From Phycisphaerae bacterium (lineage in GTDB: Bacteria > Planctomycetota > Phycisphaerae > Sedimentisphaerales > Anaerobacaceae), in contig JBGVTO010000195.1 in the NCBI GenBank assembly GCA_041862635.1, positions 1,523 through 65,522 of the forward strand: a stretch of DNA of 64,000 nt, written 5' to 3'. The notes beneath the pieces are model-generated. The model was not told the origin of the DNA. It was given only the letters and a program-made list of their open reading frames with translations, and ran no database searches. The first letter of the stretch is position 1; every line of letters begins with the position of its first letter. The position numbers were made by a program, and so were the translations under genes. Shown piece by piece: positions 51,895 to 60,321 of this stretch.

Positions 51895-52878
51895 GTGGAA
51901 ATTATAGAAACTAACTCAGACCTTTCGCAATTAGCGAAAATAAAGAAAGGCTGTGTGCTGACCATCGGCAATTTCGATGGCGTCCACCTCGGACATCAGG
52001 AAATAATCAACGCTGCACGAAAGCTCGCTGACCAAAGGCACTCTGACCTTGTCCTGATGACCTTTGAGCCGCATCCTGTGGCTATCTTATATCCGGAAAA
52101 AGCACCTGGCGTATTAACTCCAATAGTATTGAAAAAACATTTAATCGCCCAATTCGGTGTGGATTGCCTGGTAATTTTGGAGAGCAGCTATAGGATTTTG
52201 AACCTTTCCCCGGAGTCCTTTGTTGATGAATTTCTTCTAAAGTCTGTTCAGCCGGATGTTGTGGTCGAAGGAGAAGATTTTAATTTCGGTTACGGCAGAA
52301 GTGGTAACGTCCAGATACTAAAGGAGCTGGGACAGAAGTTCAATTTTGAAATCGTTATTGTGCCGGGCAAAGAAATTAAACTTGCTGATGAACAAAATGC
52401 CAGAGTCTCCAGCACCCTGATTCGACATTTGCTGCACAAGGGTAAAGTAGCGGATGCCGCAAAGGCCCTGGGCAGATATTATCGACTATCCGGCCAAACC
52501 ACTCTGGGCAAGGGAAAAGGTCGAAAGTTAGGATTCCCAACGGCCAATATTGACCCCGTTAACCAGATTATACCTGCCGAGGGCGTCTATGCCGGCTTCG
52601 TGGAGATAGCCGACACTGAAGAGCAGCTCTGTGAAAGTAAGAGCAAGCTCCCGGCTGCATTTAGTATCGGAAGAGCAAAGACTTTCATATCCGACCATCC
52701 TTTGCTGGTTGAAGCGCACATACTCGGACAGGACCCGGGTGATTTATACAGCAAACACCTCGCGATGGATTTTGTGGACTTTATCAGACACCAGCAAAAG
52801 TTTACCTCACCCCAGCAGCTCTCCGCCCAAATCGAAAAAGACTGCAAAAAAACAAAACATATTTTGCAAAACATTTAG
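51895..52878 (+). CDS. ribF: bifunctional riboflavin kinase / FMN adenylyltransferase
   Basis: TIGNFDGVHLGHQ N-terminal motif and C-terminal GFPTAN...G.Y riboflavin-kinase motif. GTG start. Confidence 0.9.
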   Translation: MEIIETNSDLSQLAKIKKGCVLTIGNFDGVHLGHQEIINAARKLADQRHSDLVLMTFEPHPVAILYPEKAPGVLTPIVLKKHLIAQFGVDCLVILESSYRILNLSPESFVDEFLLKSVQPDVVVEGEDFNFGYGRSGNVQILKELGQKFNFEIVIVPGKEIKLADEQNARVSSTLIRHLLHKGKVADAAKALGRYYRLSGQTTLGKGKGRKLGFPTANIDPVNQIIPAEGVYAGFVEIADTEEQLCESKSKLPAAFSIGRAKTFISDHPLLVEAHILGQDPGDLYSKHLAMDFVDFIRHQQKFTSPQQLSAQIEKDCKKTKHILQNI

Positions 52879-52946
52879 ACAAACACTCTAACTATAGTAT
52901 GCAGTATCCTAACGCTACTATTCATCAAAAGTACTGAGAAAATAAG

Positions 52947-53855
52947 ATGAAACTGCCCCCCTCAGCACCTGAATACATCCAAGACGAAGAAAAAATCGTC
53001 AACTGGCTATCGCAGCTAACCAATCAATCACCAATATCGGTGCGCTCTCGCCTGCAGCAGGAGCGCGACAATCCCGGCATCAACGTATCTCGCGCCCTGC
53101 ACCAATACGGCCTTGAACCTTATAAATGGACCAAAGAATTGACTGAGTTTTATTCCCAGACTGATGCCTTTCTTTACGAGCTTATCGTATGGAATCTCAA
53201 CAAACGCAAGCGGCGTATTCGCAGGTGCATAGGAAAATACCTTTATAAAAATCTCGGACCACACCTCGATATTTTAACTATCGGCGACGGCCTGGGCGTA
53301 GATTCGGTATACCTAACCAGAGCAGGTCACCACGTAACATATTTCGAAACCTCTGCTTATGCACAGGCCTTTGCAATAAAATTCTTCGCTGACTGCGCCC
53401 TGGATATAAAAGTCCTGGACGACCAAAATCAGATACCTCAAAACTCATATGATGTAGTTATATGCCTTGATGTCCTCGAGCATGTCCCTGACCCTCCTGA
53501 ATTCGTCAAAACCATCACCAGCTACCTTAAACTCAATGGCCACCTCATTATCCATGCGCCTTTTTATCATATTCATCCCAGTACTCCAACACATCTAAAA
53601 TCAAATCGCAAATATAGCGGCAGCCTAAGACTCTTCGAAAGGCACGGACTAAGGCTCGTCGATGGTGAGCTGTCCTGGGCCCCAATAACTTTGAAAAAAA
53701 CCCCCAGACGGAAAACTGACCATTCACAGTTTAAACCAAAGCTGTTAGCTGTAAGACTTACTGGGCTGTATCTTGCCCTGGGACGGTTTACAATTTTACC
53801 TTTCCTCTGGGTAAAGTCCTATCAACGTAAAGGCCATCGATGGTTCAATAAGTAA
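52947..53855 (+). CDS. class I SAM-dependent methyltransferase
   Basis: Motif I ILTIGDGLGVDS and post-II VICLDVLEHVPDP. Confidence 0.8.
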   Translation: MKLPPSAPEYIQDEEKIVNWLSQLTNQSPISVRSRLQQERDNPGINVSRALHQYGLEPYKWTKELTEFYSQTDAFLYELIVWNLNKRKRRIRRCIGKYLYKNLGPHLDILTIGDGLGVDSVYLTRAGHHVTYFETSAYAQAFAIKFFADCALDIKVLDDQNQIPQNSYDVVICLDVLEHVPDPPEFVKTITSYLKLNGHLIIHAPFYHIHPSTPTHLKSNRKYSGSLRLFERHGLRLVDGELSWAPITLKKTPRRKTDHSQFKPKLLAVRLTGLYLALGRFTILPFLWVKSYQRKGHRWFNK

Positions 53856-54112
53856 TCTACAGTCACGATTCCACATCGCTCACAAATCCAGGATTATTAT
53901 TATTAGACAACTTTGACACTTTCCGCTAAATTAACAACATCAGACAATTCCTAAATTCAAAACAGTTGCTATGATGTACAAAGAGTTTTACAAAGGATTA
54001 GAATGATAACAAATGATGATTTTCAAAAAGCAGTCGAGCTACTTATACGAATCGCAAAGTACATTTTAGACATAAAGAGCACAGAAACATAGAAAATGTT
54101 AAAAGTAATACA

Positions 54113-54544
54113 ATGGCAGAAGAGCTAAAATTCAGATTTGCCACAGAAAGTGACGTCCCCTGGCTTGCAAAGATGAATCAAGAGCTCATTCAGGATGAGG
54201 GACATCGCAACAAAATGACATTAGCTGAGCTTGAGCAAAGGATGTCGGATTTCCTTCAAAACGAATATAATGTCGTTATTGCCAGCTTAGGTCAGAACGA
54301 TATCGGCTACGCTTTGTATAGACAGGACCCGGAGTGGTTATATTTAAGGCAGATTTTCATAATAAAGTCAATGAGACATAAAGGCTTCGGCCGAAAATTT
54401 ATAGAATGGCTTAAAAACAATCCATGGAGAGATTGCAAAAGAATCAGAACGGACGTTTTGGTAGATAATATAGTTGGCATCGATTTCTGGAAGGCCGTGG
54501 GATTTAAAGAATATTGCATTACCCTGGAAATGGAAAGCCAGTAA
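54113..54544 (+). CDS. GNAT-family N-acetyltransferase
   Basis: 143 aa with RHKGFGRKFIEWL acetyl-CoA motif A. Confidence 0.8.
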   Translation: MAEELKFRFATESDVPWLAKMNQELIQDEGHRNKMTLAELEQRMSDFLQNEYNVVIASLGQNDIGYALYRQDPEWLYLRQIFIIKSMRHKGFGRKFIEWLKNNPWRDCKRIRTDVLVDNIVGIDFWKAVGFKEYCITLEMESQ

Positions 54545-54556
54545 AAAGAAAAATAT

Positions 54557-55390
54557 ATGAGATTTAGTAAATATCACGCATTAGGAAATGATTATATCGT
54601 CTTAGACCCGGACGAGTTCAAAGAACTAACTAAAAAGCATATTTGCAGACTCTGCCACAGGAATTACGGCCTGGGCTCGGATGGTATTCTTTTTGGACCA
54701 ACAGATACAGAACAAGCTGATTTTGCTTTGCGGATATTCAATCCGGATGGGAGTGAAGCAGAAAAAAGCGGCAATGGACTGAGAATTTTTGCAAGGTACC
54801 TGTGGGACAATGGCAAGGTAGAAAAAGATGAATTTACCATCTTAACTGCCGGCGGAAAAGTAAAAGCCAAGGTTCATACCAACAGCCGGAAAGTAACTGT
54901 TAATATGGGGCAAGTTAGTTTCGATAGTACCAAAATACCTGTAACCGGAGCACCGCGAGAAGTTATTAACGAAGAAATGAAAATCACAGGAAAGATAATA
55001 AATTTTACAGCCGCTACCATCGGAAATCCTCATTGTGTGATATTGTGTGATGAGATTTCCAAGGCCCAAACTCGAACATTAGGTCCTTTAATCGAAAAGG
55101 AGCCGCGTTTTCCAAACAGAACTAATGTTCAGTTTATGAAGGTGCTGGACCGTTCAAACATCAGGATAGAAATATGGGAAAGGGGTGCCGGATACACATT
55201 AGCATCGGGTACCAGTAGCAGTGCTACGGCAGCAGTAGCACGACGTTTAGGTTTGTGCGACTCGAACATAACAGTGCATATGCCCGGCGGAGAAATTGAC
55301 ATAGTTGTATCGAATGACTTTTCAATTACAATGACCGGTGCAGTAACAAAGGTGGCCGAGGGTTTGATATCTGAGGAGATGTTTATTTGA
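54557..55390 (+). CDS. dapF: diaminopimelate epimerase
   Basis: MRFSKYHALGNDYIVLD start, GNG and GNPH motifs. 277 aa. Confidence 0.9.
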   Translation: MRFSKYHALGNDYIVLDPDEFKELTKKHICRLCHRNYGLGSDGILFGPTDTEQADFALRIFNPDGSEAEKSGNGLRIFARYLWDNGKVEKDEFTILTAGGKVKAKVHTNSRKVTVNMGQVSFDSTKIPVTGAPREVINEEMKITGKIINFTAATIGNPHCVILCDEISKAQTRTLGPLIEKEPRFPNRTNVQFMKVLDRSNIRIEIWERGAGYTLASGTSSSATAAVARRLGLCDSNITVHMPGGEIDIVVSNDFSITMTGAVTKVAEGLISEEMFI

Positions 55391-55437
55391 CTTTTTATAA
55401 CTCTGGCTTTCTGTGGCTAAAAAATAAAAGGATTGAT

Positions 55438-56454
55438 ATGGTAACCAAAAACGATTTTCAAAAAGCCGTTGAGTTAATTAACAAATCCGGCAATGTTTTA
55501 ATTACGACGCATACCAGGCCGGACGGCGATGCTTGCGGCTGTATCTTGGCAATTTCTGATGTGCTGGCTGCTCTCGGTAAAAAAGCCAAGGCGCTGATGC
55601 TCTCGCCGATGCCGGAATGGTACGAGTTTTTATTCGCAGAAAAGGTCCCTGTCCTCGGCGAAGATATCAAGCTCGACCACTTGATAGAAGGGCGGTTTGG
55701 TGAATTCGATTTGATAATTATTGTCGATACCAACAGCCTCAGCCAGTTGCCCGAATTTGAAAAATTCATAAAGCAAATCGATAAACCCGTCCTGATAATC
55801 GACCACCACACAACCGCTGACGGCCTTGGCGATGTCGAGCTGGTCAATTCAGATGCAGCCGCCACGGCCTTGATTGTTTATGATTTGCTAAAATTCGCCA
55901 GGTGGTCCATAACCGAAAAAATCGCTGAGGCACTCTTTGTGGCCGTAGCCACCGACACCGGCTGGTTCCAGTTCAGCAATACAAACAGCAGAGTGTATCG
56001 AAGCTGCGCCGAGCTAATAGACGCCGGCGCGAATCCGGCAGAAATCTACCACAGTTTATACGAAAATTTCTCATACCCACGGTTCAAGCTAACGCTTGCT
56101 ATGCTCAACACGCTCCAGCTGCATCTCGACGGCCGCTTCGCAACGCAGCATATATCGCAGCGGGATTTCCAACAGACCGGAGCCACATACAAAGACACGG
56201 AGAATTTAATCAACGAATGCCAGCGAATAAGCACCGTTGAGGCAGCGGCCTTGTTTGTAGAACTGAAGGATGGCCGAATCAGGTGTTCGCTGCGAAGCAC
56301 AGGCACCGTTGATGTCAGTAAAATCGCCGCCAGGTTCGGAGGAGGAGGACATAAAATGGCTGCCGGCACCTTTCTGCCAGGCCCTTTGGAAAACGCAAAA
56401 AAACTCATTCTTGCTGAAATGACCGAAAAACTCAATTCCTTGAGCTGCAAATAA
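55438..56454 (+). CDS. nrnA: DHH/DHHA1 phosphoesterase (NrnA-like oligoribonuclease/pAp phosphatase)
   Basis: TTHTRPDGDACG, IVDTN, IDHH and GGGH motifs. ATG 55438 preferred over TTG 55387. Confidence 0.75.
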   Translation: MVTKNDFQKAVELINKSGNVLITTHTRPDGDACGCILAISDVLAALGKKAKALMLSPMPEWYEFLFAEKVPVLGEDIKLDHLIEGRFGEFDLIIIVDTNSLSQLPEFEKFIKQIDKPVLIIDHHTTADGLGDVELVNSDAAATALIVYDLLKFARWSITEKIAEALFVAVATDTGWFQFSNTNSRVYRSCAELIDAGANPAEIYHSLYENFSYPRFKLTLAMLNTLQLHLDGRFATQHISQRDFQQTGATYKDTENLINECQRISTVEAAALFVELKDGRIRCSLRSTGTVDVSKIAARFGGGGHKMAAGTFLPGPLENAKKLILAEMTEKLNSLSCK

Positions 56455-56457
56455 CTT

Positions 56458-57045
56458 TTAATTGGGGGGAAAGTAATGAGGAATCTCACCGGCTTCGTTT
56501 TGGCGAAACGTCTCTTTCAGAATAGCCCGTCCCTCTTCGCTGTTGGCCGACACCCATTTCTCATCCTTTACCCTGCGGATAAGCCTCCCTTTCCCCCAGA
56601 TTTCCGCACCGCTGACTCTCAAATCCATAGGCCCAATACTGCTCTTATCTACGTTCGGGTCGGTCGTTTCCAGAAACCCGATAAAGGTCTCAGTGGTATT
56701 TGGCTCGTTACTGTAAGTAAATACATATGCCCTGACACCTGCCGGTTCTCCATTGGCAAGCGGACCCGAAGGAGCCCCAATCGGCGGTACTTGCCCCTTT
56801 CGTGCAACAAAAAGCCTTCTGTGCTTCAGGTCATAGTACCAGTCCTTCTCGTAATTCTCAACTTCGACAACCTTTTTCGGCAGCGTTAGCCATATTCCAA
56901 ACACTATCAAACCAACCACCAGGACCGCGCTCACGCCAATAACCAGCTTGGGGCTCCGGCTAAGCCATTCCCGTATCGCCAGGCGCTCCCACCGTTCTTT
57001 AATCTCGTATTTCAGATATCCAAAATCAGGCATCCTCGAATCCAT
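56458..57045 (-). CDS. membrane-anchored hypothetical protein
   Basis: 195-aa ORF with a single TM segment. Convergent with the NrnA-like gene. Confidence 0.5.
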   Translation of the reverse strand: MDSRMPDFGYLKYEIKERWERLAIREWLSRSPKLVIGVSAVLVVGLIVFGIWLTLPKKVVEVENYEKDWYYDLKHRRLFVARKGQVPPIGAPSGPLANGEPAGVRAYVFTYSNEPNTTETFIGFLETTDPNVDKSSIGPMDLRVSGAEIWGKGRLIRRVKDEKWVSANSEEGRAILKETFRQNEAGEIPHYFPPN

Positions 57046-57127
57046 CCAGACACTTTATAAAAATCCTGCGCCGTGATATCCCCACGTAAGAAAAAAAATT
57101 CTAATTGCTCGGTTGAAAAGACCCTAT

Positions 57128-57241
57128 GTCATTTCGACCGGAGCCCCGCACTAATTGTCTCTCACCAGCTATAAGTCACTGGACATCAACATTCAAACCG
57201 TGCCTTAACACAATTGGTGCGGAGCGAAGTGGAGAAATCTG
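57128..57241 (+). repeat. GTCATTTCGAC-type element with long insert
   Basis: GTCATTTCGACCGGAGCCCCGCACTAATTG ... CAATTGGTGCGGAGCGAAGTGGAGAAATCTG. Confidence 0.65.
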
Positions 57242-57595
57242 TTACACAATTTCTCCCTCGTTACTCACTTCAGCATTCTTTCTTTTTGTTATATACTCTA
57301 AATCAACTTTACCTGTAAAGCAATACTTGAAATTAGTCAACTTTACTCTGAAACCCGAATAGAAAAAGCATATGGTTTTAGCTAAGAATACTTTGGGTCA
57401 AAAGACCCGAGCGCACCCGAAGATAAACCTAATGTAGTGATGGCGAGAAGAAAATGTCGCCCTTTTAAGGCGTGTAAAAACTCATTATTGGTCCAAAAGC
57501 CGCGGTTTTTTCGGCTATTTTTAATAAAGTCAAACCTCAAATCTGTCGATTCGCAAATCATTAAACAAAAGTAGGAAATTTTAGGGGCGTTGATA

Positions 57596-57982
57596 ATGCA
57601 CAAGCCAAATGAGCGAAGAACAGAACAAAGATTGCGTTATTCATCGCCGGTCTGGTTTGGCGAGTATCCCAAAGAGACACTTGCACAGGGACAGATGGTT
57701 GATATTTCCAGCAGGGGCGCTGCGTTTATTACCTACGCCCACGATAGTTGTCCCTCTTTCGGCCAACATATAATCGCTCGTTTCAGGGTTCCCAATTATC
57801 ACCCGGATCATTCCTTTGATATGGTAAATTTTACCCGTTCAGCTCATGTCTGCCGGGTTGACAAAGTATATAGCTATTGGCGCCGTGTTGCCGTTCAGTT
57901 CGCTGAACCATTGCCTTTCAAGCCCGGCGAAAAAAATGCTAATGAATCCTACATACTAACACAAAACGTTCCGGGGCCGTAA
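57596..57982 (+). CDS. PilZ-domain protein (c-di-GMP receptor-like)
   Basis: RRTEQR (RxxxR) followed by DISSRGAAF (DxSxxG). Confidence 0.7.
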   Translation: MHKPNERRTEQRLRYSSPVWFGEYPKETLAQGQMVDISSRGAAFITYAHDSCPSFGQHIIARFRVPNYHPDHSFDMVNFTRSAHVCRVDKVYSYWRRVAVQFAEPLPFKPGEKNANESYILTQNVPGP

Positions 57983-58012
57983 CTTGTTCGATATAAAGAC
58001 CGCTCATTTTCT

Positions 58013-58070
58013 TTCAATTTAAAGCACCTCACTGGCCATTAAACGAAGAGCTCGTCTTCAGGGGTATCAT
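58013..58070 (+). repeat. conserved upstream motif, copy 3
   Basis: TTCAATTTAAAGCACCTCACTGGCCATTAAACGAAGAGCTCGTCTTCAGGGGTATCAT. Confidence 0.7.
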
Positions 58071-58196
58071 TTTAAGACCTATTTTCAGAAATCGGCAGAA
58101 GAGCATTTTTTCTGAAGCCCTACTTTTTTTCCTGGACGGCCGGAGCTAATACGCTAAAATGCAGGTAAGCAATTTTAATCATAGGAGGATGGCATT

Positions 58197-59561
58197 TTGG
58201 CGCTTAAACGGAGTTATCTGACGGCTGTGGCAATAACTTTAGTTGCAGCGATGGCCTGCACGGCCGAGTTCCAGGCAAATACATGCAAATCTAATAAGCA
58301 GGAGAATCCCGCCGTAGCGATGGATGCCTCCGGAAATTTTGTCGTAGTCTGGCACAGCTATCTTCAGGATGGTAGCTCGAACGGCATTTTTGGACAGCGT
58401 TTTGACGCAAATTGCAAACCCGTAGGTGATGAATTTCAAATCAATACTGAAACCAGCGGTAATCAAAGAGAGCCATCGGTCGCAATGGATGCCGGAGGCA
58501 ATTTTGTGGTCGCCTGGTACGGGCCGGGAGAAGACAAAGAAGATATTTTCGCCAGACGGTTCAACACCAACGGCCAGCCTCTCGGCAGCGAGTTCCGCGT
58601 CAACACTTATACCAACGACAAACAACTTTACCCACGCGTGGCTATGAATAATGACGGCGGCTTCATCATCGTCTGGGAGAGTAGCAATATTCCGGCGCAG
58701 AGCAACAAGGCAATATGTGCTCAGTTGTATGATAGCAACGGCGCGAAATTTGGACCGGAGTTTGTCATTAACGAGGAAGCATCAGACAGCCGTTATCCGG
58801 ATGTGGCTATGGACGCAGAAGGCAATTTCGCGGTTGTCTGGATGCAAGATAAAAGCAGCAACTCGATAATAGCCCGCCTGTACAAGGCAGACGGCACAGC
58901 TAAGACCAAGCCTTTCGAGGTAAGCACAATCAGATTCAGCTCCGTCACGCAGCCTTCGATTGCGATGAATAAGGCCGGAAATTTTGTAGTGGCCTGGGAC
59001 GGCGACCCTAAGCTCGCCGGCCTCGACGATATTCACGTTCGGTGCTACAACCCTGACGGCAACGCAATAGGTGAGCAGTCTATCGTCAACACAACTCTAA
59101 CAGGGCCACAACAGAATCCGCAGGCAGCGATGAATAATCGGGGGCGGTTTATAATTGTCTGGGAAAGTAAAATTGACCCCGACATTAACGAAAGAGACAT
59201 TTTCGCCCAGCGATATAACAGCTCCGGCGGACCCCTTGGCAATGAATTTCAGGTCAACACCTATATGGTGGACGACCAGAAGAGGCCGAGCGTTGCAATA
59301 ACAGAGAACGGCAAATTTGTTATGGCCTGGCAAAGTTACGGTCAGGACGGCTCAGGTTACGGCGTCTTCGGCTGCATAGGACAAATGGTCGGCTCGGCGG
59401 ACTTTAATGATGATGGATTTGTCAATTTCCACGACTACTGCATCCTGGCTGAAGAATGGCTCAAAAGCCAAAAACCGCTAACGGCAGATTTGATTGAAGA
59501 TAACAAAATTGATGAGCAGGATTTAGCTGAGTTTGGCTTCCAGTGGCTAATCACCAATTAA
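58197..59561 (+). CDS. secreted seven-repeat (beta-propeller-like) protein with C-terminal double dockerin-like module
   Basis: AGGAGGA RBS 7 nt before TTG 58197, and a signal peptide. Seven repeats of about 52 aa: P.VAMD..GNFVV.W...(I/V)F.(Q/R)R(F/Y)...G.P.G.EF.VNT. C-terminal DFNDDGFVNFHDY... and DLIEDNKIDEQDL... Confidence 0.75.
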   Translation: MALKRSYLTAVAITLVAAMACTAEFQANTCKSNKQENPAVAMDASGNFVVVWHSYLQDGSSNGIFGQRFDANCKPVGDEFQINTETSGNQREPSVAMDAGGNFVVAWYGPGEDKEDIFARRFNTNGQPLGSEFRVNTYTNDKQLYPRVAMNNDGGFIIVWESSNIPAQSNKAICAQLYDSNGAKFGPEFVINEEASDSRYPDVAMDAEGNFAVVWMQDKSSNSIIARLYKADGTAKTKPFEVSTIRFSSVTQPSIAMNKAGNFVVAWDGDPKLAGLDDIHVRCYNPDGNAIGEQSIVNTTLTGPQQNPQAAMNNRGRFIIVWESKIDPDINERDIFAQRYNSSGGPLGNEFQVNTYMVDDQKRPSVAITENGKFVMAWQSYGQDGSGYGVFGCIGQMVGSADFNDDGFVNFHDYCILAEEWLKSQKPLTADLIEDNKIDEQDLAEFGFQWLITN

Positions 59562-59600
59562 CCAATTAACTAATTAACTAATTAACCAATTAACTAACAC
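59554..59600. repeat. octamer microsatellite (C/T)(C/T)AATTAA overlapping the stop codon of the seven-repeat protein gene
   Basis: ccaattaaccaattaactaattaactaattaaccaattaactaacac. Confidence 0.7.
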
Positions 59601-59879
59601 TGCCTCTGGGCGGGATTATTTTTTTGAAAAAAATTAGAAAAAAAGTTTGGCTTTGCATTGACCTTTGTGATATATTAGCTGATATATAATTAGAGCACAT
59701 TCGCAGGGCTGAGGATATCTCGCTTTTTCCTCTCCCTCCGCACCTCAGCCCTGCTTCCTCCTTTTGCAGGCCAATCGATTCTTTTGTACCAGCTTCTCGC
59801 CGATATTGGTTGGCACTATCAGACAAAACTTTTCGATTCCAAGGCCTCCGTCATTTTGAGCGAAGCATTTACTTTTTAT

Positions 59880-59946
59880 GTCATTTCGAGCGGAGCCCCC
59901 GTTCTTGCTTTCGCAAGAAAGCACGGGGGCGAAGTCGAGAAATCTG
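59880..59946 (+). repeat. GTCATTTCGAG-type palindromic element
   Basis: GTCATTTCGAGCGGAG-CCCCCGTTCTTGCTTTCGCAAGAAAGCACGGGGG-CGAAGTCGAGAAATCTG. Confidence 0.7.
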
Positions 59947-60054
59947 GCCTGCGAACAATATCTAATCTCAACTCTTCCCAACGCCCCCGCAATACTAAAT
60001 AACAAAAGCTAATAGCTAAAAGCTGAAAGCTCTTTCCGTCCCTTCTCTTCTGGC

Positions 60055-60180
60055 CTAATTAACTAATCACAAATTAACCAATACTTCCTGATATCCTGAT
60101 TCCTGATAACCTTCACCCTGATCTCCTGTTCACCTGATAACCTAATTCTCTAATTCACCAATACACCAATTAACTAACAC
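60055..60180. repeat. word repeats (CTAATTAAC, CCTGAT(A/C), CACCAAT)
   Basis: ctaattaactaatcacaaattaaccaatacttcctgatatcctgattcctgataaccttcaccctgatctcctgttcacctgataacc... Confidence 0.65.
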
Positions 60181-60203
60181 TCCCTCTATACTCTGTGCCG
60201 CAT

Positions 60204-60241
60204 ATAAAACAGGGCTGGCAGTGTATCGGGCTGCCAGCCCT
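60204..60241 (-). terminator. rho-independent terminator downstream of the PD40/LamG gene
   Basis: 11-bp GC-rich stem AGGGCTGGCAG/CTGCCAGCCCT (60211-21 / 60231-41), followed on the minus strand by GTTTTAT. Confidence 0.6.
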
Positions 60242-60321
60242 TTGGCAAATGTAATGGTGCGTGGTTATTTTAGGCGTTTTTTTCTTTCTGTGTTGGCCTA
60301 TTGCGACAGGGTCGCAATTTC

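Noticed and set aside
54003-54092. A 29-codon ORF, MITNDDFQKAVELLIRIAKYILDIKSTET, as a real small gene.
   Set aside because: It has no RBS. It is homologous only to the first 13 codons of the NrnA-like gene and then diverges to a stop. I interpreted it as a gene-start vestige.
58189-58221. An ATG at 58189 as the start of the seven-repeat protein gene.
   Set aside because: It is out of frame (MAFWRLNGVI*). The in-frame TTG at 58197 sits 7 nt after AGGAGGA.
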